From an uncultured Candidatus Saccharibacteria bacterium (GTDB taxonomy: Bacteria > Patescibacteriota > Minisyncoccia > Phycocordibacterales > JAKFXT01), in NCBI GenBank assembly GCA_964443725.1, contig CAYUDP010000002.1, forward strand, positions 1 to 59,116: a DNA stretch of 59,116 bases, read 5' to 3'. Position 1 is the stretch's first letter. The number at the start of each line of letters is the position of its first letter. The notes under the pieces were generated by a model that searched no databases, had not been told where the DNA came from, and saw only the letters and a program-made list of their open reading frames with translations. A program made the position numbers and the translations under genes. Below are positions 54,153 to 59,116 of the stretch, one piece after another.

Positions 54153-56903
54153 ATGCAGTCAGAAAACATTTCTAACAAAGAGGTGGTATTTAATAGTGCT
54201 GAGGAAGAGATAGCTTATCTCAAGGCCCAAGTTTTATCTAAAGAGCGCGAGCTCATGAGAAAAGATATCCCTCATGATAGAGAGGAGGTTATCAGGACAG
54301 AAATAGAAAACCATAAGAATCTTGAAAGAGAATCTGCTCTAAAAGATAGACAGATAAGTCGTGAAGAAAGAGAGGCTATTGTCTTGAATTTAAAACCAAA
54401 ACCAACCGACTCCAAAGTTGAGGAGCTTTTAGGTGTAGTTGAAGACAAAGGGATATTAAATGCTATATCGATTGTTGAAAAAATGAATGACCCTATTCTT
54501 GAAGATGATTTTCACAGGGTTCTTGTTCAGTATATAAAAGAGGGTCTGCCATTTCATGGTATATCAGAAAAATCACCAATTTTCCACGCTTTGAAAATGA
54601 CTTTGTTTGAAATATCTCTACCACCACCTGAAGGTGGGGAAAGAGAGAAGCCTCTAAAAGAACTACTATCCTCAATGGAGCAATTTTATGCTGGTATAGA
54701 GCCAAATTTGAAAGAGAAAGATGAGATGTGGTTCTCTTTTGAGATTGCTGTCTCAGAGGATGGTAAGGCGGTTGTTATTTATGCTGCAGTTCCTAACCAA
54801 AAGATAGACTTATTTGAAAAACAAATCCTTTCTATATTCCCCAAGGCAAAGATAAGGGAAGAAAAAAATGATTACAATATATTCAAGGATAACGGATTTG
54901 TATCTGCTTCAAAAGCAAGTCTTTCAAGAGAAATAATATTCCCCATTAAAACATATGAAGATTTAACCCAAGACCCACTGTCTATACTACTCAATGCCTT
55001 TTCAAAAATTGCTGAGTCGGGAGAGGGGGCTTCAATACAGTTTTTGTTTGGAGCACCTACTATAGATTATACATATAGGTTAAATAGTGCTTTAAAGCAG
55101 ATTGAAAAAGGCAAGAAACTAAGTGAAGCAATAGATATTAGGGACACGATGTTTGAGGATATTGCTGTTGATATGTCTCATAGGCTTAAAGAATTTTTCA
55201 GGAATGAGTCTGAGAATAAAGATACAACAATGACAGATGAGAAGAGTAGAGCAATTGAGGCAATAAAGAAAAAGATGGATTCACCTATAGTAAGTGTTGG
55301 AATAAGGGTTGTAGTTTCAACTGAGAGTAAAGAGAGATCGGATTCTATCAGGTCAGAGATTGAATCGTCTTTTAATCAATTTACAAATACTACAGGGAAT
55401 AAATTTGTTTTTGAGCCTTATAAAGTTGGAGAATTAAGTAAATTACTAAAGGATTTTTCTTTTAGAGTTTTCGACAGAAGGGAGGCCATACCCCTTTCCC
55501 TTAAAGAGTTGACTACGGTATTTCATTTTCCAGTTACGAGTACAGAAGCTTCGCCTGATTTGAAGCAAAGCTTGGCTCACACGGCTCCAGCTCCCCTTGA
55601 TATTGGTAAGAGTGGTATTTATCTGGGGAAAAATATTCATAGAAATTCTGAAACCGATATTTATTTTGATGCGGAAGATAGAATGAGGCACTTTTATGTT
55701 ATTGGACAGACAGGTGTTGGTAAATCAACTTTACTCAACAATATGGTCATTCAAGATATTCAAAATGGGGAAGGAGTTTGTATGATTGATCCCCATGGTT
55801 CGGATATACAAAAAGTTTTGTCGGCTATTCCTAAAAATAGAGCTGAGGACGTTATTTACTTTGATCCGGCAAATGTTCATAGGCCAATGGGACTTAATAT
55901 GCTCGAATACGATGCTAGGTTCCCAGAGCAGAAGACTTTTGTGGTAAATGAACTCGTTTCTATTTTCAATAAACTATTTGACATGAAGGTTTCAGGTGGC
56001 CCTGCGTTTGAACAGTATTTTAGAAACTCAGCTCTTCTTGTTATGGATCATCCGGATTCTGGTAGTACGCTTCTTGAAATTGCCCGAGTTATGCAGGACA
56101 AATCCTTTAGGGATATGAAGTTGTCACATTGCACAAATCCTCTTGTTAAACAATTTTGGGCGAGTGCTGAGAGAACATCGGGCGACCAAGGCCTCGCCAA
56201 TTATGTGCCTTATATAACGAACAAATTTGATGGGTTTCTGTCAAACGACATAATGCGCCCCATTGTTGCCCAACAGAAATCGTCTTTCAACTTTAGAGAC
56301 ATAATGGATTCCAAAAAAATTCTTCTAGTCAACTTATCCAAGGGGCGTTTGGGGGAGATAAATACTCGTCTTATTGGTCTTATTCTTGTAGGAAAAATCC
56401 TTATGGCAGCACTTTCAAGGGTTGATTCTTTTGGAAAAGATTTACCACCGTTTTATCTATATATGGATGAGTTTCAAAATATCACGACGGATTCAATATC
56501 CATGATTCTGTCAGAGGCCAGAAAATACAAATTATCTCTAAATATTGCCCATCAGCTTATAGCCCAACTTGATGAGGGTATAAAAACTTCTGTCTTTGGT
56601 AATGTTGGGTCCATGGCGGTCTTTAGAGTGGGACCTGATGATGCTGAGTATTTAGCTAAGCAGTTTGAACCCACCTTTTCAGCTAAAGAAATGATGAATA
56701 TAGAAAATGCTAATGCATATTTGAAGATGTTGGTTAGAGGGTCTCCGAGTAGGCCATTTTCTCTTCAAGTTGCTCCACCTATGATGGGTGATTTAGAAGT
56801 TGCGGATCTTCTAAAGGAATTGTCGAGTTTGAAATTTGGTAGTGATAGAAAGGTGGTTGAGGAAGATATAAAAATGAGATTTGAGAAGGGTTATACGAGA
56901 TAG
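54153..56903 (+). CDS. large P-loop ATPase, TraD/VirD4/HerA-FtsK-like C-terminal domain with an unknown 500-aa N-terminal region
   Basis: Walker A GQTGVGKST, Walker B FYLYMDEFQN, then ARKYKLSLNIAHQ. No hydrophobic TM segment is visible. Confidence 0.7.
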   Translation: MQSENISNKEVVFNSAEEEIAYLKAQVLSKERELMRKDIPHDREEVIRTEIENHKNLERESALKDRQISREEREAIVLNLKPKPTDSKVEELLGVVEDKGILNAISIVEKMNDPILEDDFHRVLVQYIKEGLPFHGISEKSPIFHALKMTLFEISLPPPEGGEREKPLKELLSSMEQFYAGIEPNLKEKDEMWFSFEIAVSEDGKAVVIYAAVPNQKIDLFEKQILSIFPKAKIREEKNDYNIFKDNGFVSASKASLSREIIFPIKTYEDLTQDPLSILLNAFSKIAESGEGASIQFLFGAPTIDYTYRLNSALKQIEKGKKLSEAIDIRDTMFEDIAVDMSHRLKEFFRNESENKDTTMTDEKSRAIEAIKKKMDSPIVSVGIRVVVSTESKERSDSIRSEIESSFNQFTNTTGNKFVFEPYKVGELSKLLKDFSFRVFDRREAIPLSLKELTTVFHFPVTSTEASPDLKQSLAHTAPAPLDIGKSGIYLGKNIHRNSETDIYFDAEDRMRHFYVIGQTGVGKSTLLNNMVIQDIQNGEGVCMIDPHGSDIQKVLSAIPKNRAEDVIYFDPANVHRPMGLNMLEYDARFPEQKTFVVNELVSIFNKLFDMKVSGGPAFEQYFRNSALLVMDHPDSGSTLLEIARVMQDKSFRDMKLSHCTNPLVKQFWASAERTSGDQGLANYVPYITNKFDGFLSNDIMRPIVAQQKSSFNFRDIMDSKKILLVNLSKGRLGEINTRLIGLILVGKILMAALSRVDSFGKDLPPFYLYMDEFQNITTDSISMILSEARKYKLSLNIAHQLIAQLDEGIKTSVFGNVGSMAVFRVGPDDAEYLAKQFEPTFSAKEMMNIENANAYLKMLVRGSPSRPFSLQVAPPMMGDLEVADLLKELSSLKFGSDRKVVEEDIKMRFEKGYTR

Positions 56904-56973
56904 CCCCCATTTGCTCTATATGGGTTTATTTGCTATTCTTCACCCGTTAATATCTCTAAAATATTGGTAAATT

Positions 56974-57588
56974 ATGAATGATAAAAAACATTTTAAGTTC
57001 GAAAGGACTTTAGTTATTGTTAAGCCAGATGGGGTACAGAGGTCTCTTATTGGTGAAATAATAAAAAGATTTGAGAGGGTTGGGTTGAAGTTGGTTGCTA
57101 TGAAGTTTACTCTTCCAGAGGCGTCGTTTGTTGAAAGACATTATACCCTCGATCCAGAATGGAAGAGAAAGGTTGGAGAGAAGGCCATAGAAAGTTACAA
57201 AGCAAAAGGCTTAATTCCACCAACAGACGATCCCATTAAAGTCGGTGATGGAGTTTTAAACACACTTAAAAAATATATGGTCTCCGGTCCAGTTGTCTCT
57301 ATGGTTTGGCAAGGAGCTCATGCGGTAAAGTTGGTAAGAAAGATTGTTGGATCTACAGAGCCACTATCATCTGATGTTGGAACTATAAGAGGGGACTTCG
57401 TTTTAGATTCCTATCAAATGGCAGATACTGATGAGAGGGCTGTGAGAAATTTGATACATGCGTCTGGTTCAGTTGCTGAAGCCGATGGGGAAATCGCTCT
57501 TTGGTTCAATGACGATGAAATAATAGATTACAAAATTATTTCAGAGGGCATACTATATGATGTAAATATGGATGGAATTCTCGAGTAA
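56974..57588 (+). CDS. ndk: nucleoside diphosphate kinase (long form)
   Basis: ERTLVIVKPDGVQR, GTIRGDF and the active-site NLIHASGS. 204 aa with an internal insertion. Confidence 0.9.
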   Translation: MNDKKHFKFERTLVIVKPDGVQRSLIGEIIKRFERVGLKLVAMKFTLPEASFVERHYTLDPEWKRKVGEKAIESYKAKGLIPPTDDPIKVGDGVLNTLKKYMVSGPVVSMVWQGAHAVKLVRKIVGSTEPLSSDVGTIRGDFVLDSYQMADTDERAVRNLIHASGSVAEADGEIALWFNDDEIIDYKIISEGILYDVNMDGILE

Positions 57589-57604
57589 TATTCTTAATAT
57601 AAAA

Positions 57605-57652
57605 AACCAAATGAAAAATACGCTTTAATACAGGCGTATTTTTCATTTGGTT
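57605..57652 (+). terminator. 19-bp hairpin after ndk
   Basis: AACCAAATGAAAAATACGC pairs with GCGTATTTTTCATTTGGTT. Confidence 0.65.
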
Positions 57653-57682
57653 GTGTCCAAATAGATTTAAATTTTATTTATG

Positions 57683-57710
57683 TTGCGAGCTTGATTTAAA
57701 GAGTTATAAT
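57683..57710 (+). promoter_or_regulatory. promoter TTGCGA-16-TATAAT
   Basis: TTGCGA at 57683-57688 and a consensus TATAAT at 57705-57710, in a 320-bp non-coding gap. Confidence 0.5.
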
Positions 57711-57716
57711 CAAATT

Positions 57717-57890
57717 AGGACATTTCATTAAGTTATCCTTCGTAAACATTTTCAGGGAATCCAAAAATTCCGCATTGCCGTGAGCTTACGCTCTAAAGCT
57801 CTGCGTTGAGGGTACCCACCTTAGTTTTTGACTAAGGGTAACTGTGAAGTGTCCTCATGAAAGAACCGCAAGATAGAGCGGTTTTTTCAT
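57717..57890 (+). ncRNA. candidate structured small RNA or cis-leader of unknown class
   Basis: It starts about 7 nt after the -10. A 9-bp closing stem pairs GGACATTTC (57718-57726) with GAAGTGTCC (57846-57854) and encloses three hairpins. It ends in the AACCGC/GCGGTT hairpin plus T6 (57864-57887). Confidence 0.4.
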
Positions 57891-57908
57891 TTTTGGTATA
57901 ATATCCTA

Positions 57909-58280
57909 GTGAAATTATCTATAGAGGTTATATATTTTTTCTTGTTATCATTGGCTGTGGCAGTTCTCCATTTGTTCTATATGAATTTTGGGTTTTATTG
58001 GACCATGCCATGGGTTGACAGTTCAGTTCATTTTTTGGGTGGAATGTGGGTTGCTTTTATTTTTCATATTATTTTTGTTATTTATTTCTCTGGCAAAAGC
58101 ACTGGTAATATCAGACTATCGATCTATTCCGTTATTTTAGTTGGGCTTTTATGGGAAGCTTTTGAAGTATTTATTGGGACGGCAGATTTTTATTCGCATA
58201 GTTATCCGATAGATTTCCTATCGGATATGACTTTTGATTTTTTGGGCGGGGTCTGTTTTTATTTATTGGTTAGAAAATAA
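57909..58280 (+). CDS. hypothetical 4-TM membrane protein
   Basis: GTG start 8 nt after a TGGTATAAT extended -10. The 123-aa product is hydrophobic. Confidence 0.55.
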   Translation: MKLSIEVIYFFLLSLAVAVLHLFYMNFGFYWTMPWVDSSVHFLGGMWVAFIFHIIFVIYFSGKSTGNIRLSIYSVILVGLLWEAFEVFIGTADFYSHSYPIDFLSDMTFDFLGGVCFYLLVRK

Positions 58281-58283
58281 AAT

Positions 58284-59116
58284 ATGAGTAAAGTCGATTT
58301 GGTTTGTGAGGGTGGGGTTGATGCTGTTACAGGAGCGAATTTTTTTCTGAAGACCCCAGAAGGGAACTTTTTGATTGACTGTGGGCTGTATCAGGGTTTC
58401 TCTTTTTCCGAAAAAGAGAATGAAGCTCCATTTGAGTTTGACCCAAGAGAGATAAAGGCGCTCATTGTCACTCATTCTCACATGGACCATATAGGCAGAA
58501 TTCCAAAACTAGTTAAGGATGGTTTTTCTGGAATTATATATTCAACAAATGAAACTATGGAACTCGCTCGCATCATGTTTGATGATGCCGTTTCTCTCCT
58601 TGAAAGGGCAAGTCGGGAGAGGGGAGGAGAACCACTTTACAATAGAGAGGATGTAAAAAGAACCATGACTCTATGGAGTGGGCTCCCCTATCATAATGAC
58701 AAGGAACTTACTAGTGAATTAGATTTTTGTCTTTTGGATGCCGGCCATATATTGGGTTCTGCCATGGTTGTAGTTAAGAGTAAGAATAAAAAGATGATAT
58801 TTACAGGAGATTTGGGGAATTCTCCTGCCATGTTATTGAATGACACTGAGTCTCCGGTTGGGGCTGACTATCTGCTTATGGAATCTGTTTATGGTGATAA
58901 AAATCACGAAAGTAAGGGAGAAAGAGACGAAAAATTTGTTGAAGTAGTAAAGAATACAATTTCTCGTGGGGGAGCGGTTGTTATACCAGCTTTTTCTCTT
59001 GAGCGTACACAGAATATCCTCTATACACTTAATAATCTAATAGAAGATAAAAAATTGCCGTCCGTTCCGGTTTTTGTGGACTCTCCACTTGCAATAAGGG
59101 TGACTGAAATTTATGA
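58284..59116 (+). CDS. beta-CASP family metallo-beta-lactamase (RNase J/CPSF-like), N-terminal part, continues past window end
   Basis: Hand translation from ATG at 58284 gives MSKVDLVCEGGVDAVTGANFFLKTPEGNFLIDCGLYQG...ALIVTHSHMDHIGRIP...DAGHILGSA...FTGDLGN...ESVYGD. The frame is open to the window end and is not in the ORF track. Confidence 0.8.
   Translation, partial: MSKVDLVCEGGVDAVTGANFFLKTPEGNFLIDCGLYQGFSFSEKENEAPFEFDPREIKALIVTHSHMDHIGRIPKLVKDGFSGIIYSTNETMELARIMFDDAVSLLERASRERGGEPLYNREDVKRTMTLWSGLPYHNDKELTSELDFCLLDAGHILGSAMVVVKSKNKKMIFTGDLGNSPAMLLNDTESPVGADYLLMESVYGDKNHESKGERDEKFVEVVKNTISRGGAVVIPAFSLERTQNILYTLNNLIEDKKLPSVPVFVDSPLAIRVTEIY

Noticed and set aside
57718-57856. Assignment of the candidate RNA to SRP RNA, 6S RNA, tmRNA, RNase P or a known riboswitch class
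   Set aside because: None of the consensus elements I know are present: the SRP GGAA/AGCAGC helix-8 motif, RNase P GAGGAAAGTCC, a tmRNA tag ORF with CCA end, or the TPP, FMN, glycine, guanidine, ZTP and fluoride cores. It is left as an unclassified candidate.
1-59116. Alternative genetic code (UGA recoding, as in some CPR lineages)
   Set aside because: TGA is used as a stop at the expected ends of conserved genes (e.g. comEC, pyrE). Conserved proteins are full length under code 11.
1-59116. CRISPR arrays, transposases, integrases, or integron attC sites that could explain the GC-rich inserts
   Set aside because: I saw no repeat-spacer periodicity, no recombinase-like ORF, and no flanking direct repeats. 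The hairpins next to the cassettes lack the RYYYAAC/GTTRRRY attC cores. The mobility mechanism remains unknown.

Overview
This is an AT-rich bacterial chromosome segment; a hand-counted 100-nt sample of pilB is about 37% G+C. It is densely packed with housekeeping genes. The gene content fits a reduced Candidate Phyla Radiation / Patescibacteria-type genome, which is an inference from motifs and synteny only, with no searches run. Supporting features: a contiguous rpsL-rpsG-fusA-tuf-rpsJ...rplO-secY ribosomal supercluster with no L30 gene, a trigger factor lacking its PPIase domain, a minimal type IV pilus module (pilB, pilC, three prepilin-like proteins), a recJ-rnhA-comEC block, and an alpha-glucan gene cluster (glycogen-synthase-like GT, GH57, GH15, PGI/PMI, sugar kinase). 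There are also queA, ndk, tpiA-pgk, ppa, nusA, tig, a Fe/Mn SOD and many small secreted or membrane orphan proteins. Two genes run off the window edges and are absent from the ORF track: a GC-rich threonine synthase N-terminus (1..444, minus) and a beta-CASP metallo-beta-lactamase (58284..59116, plus). The most unusual feature is a set of compositionally foreign, GC-richer inserts sitting exactly at operon boundaries. These are thrC plus a membrane protein at the left end, a pyrF-pyrE cassette splitting rpsJ from rplC, and three single-gene minus-strand orphan cassettes (6355..6627, 22141..22362, 27331..27666), the last splitting rpsG from fusA. Other items worth follow-up are a large TraD/VirD4-like P-loop ATPase with no membrane anchor, tandem secreted paralogs with a glycine-rich domain, a GYAW/GWISFN-repeat secreted protein next to the pilus genes, a ComEC split into separate channel and nuclease genes, an RNase HI with a C-terminal hybrid-binding domain, and a promoter-to-terminator bounded candidate structured RNA (about 57717..57890). 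No rRNA, tRNA, CRISPR array, transposase or integrase was recognised.
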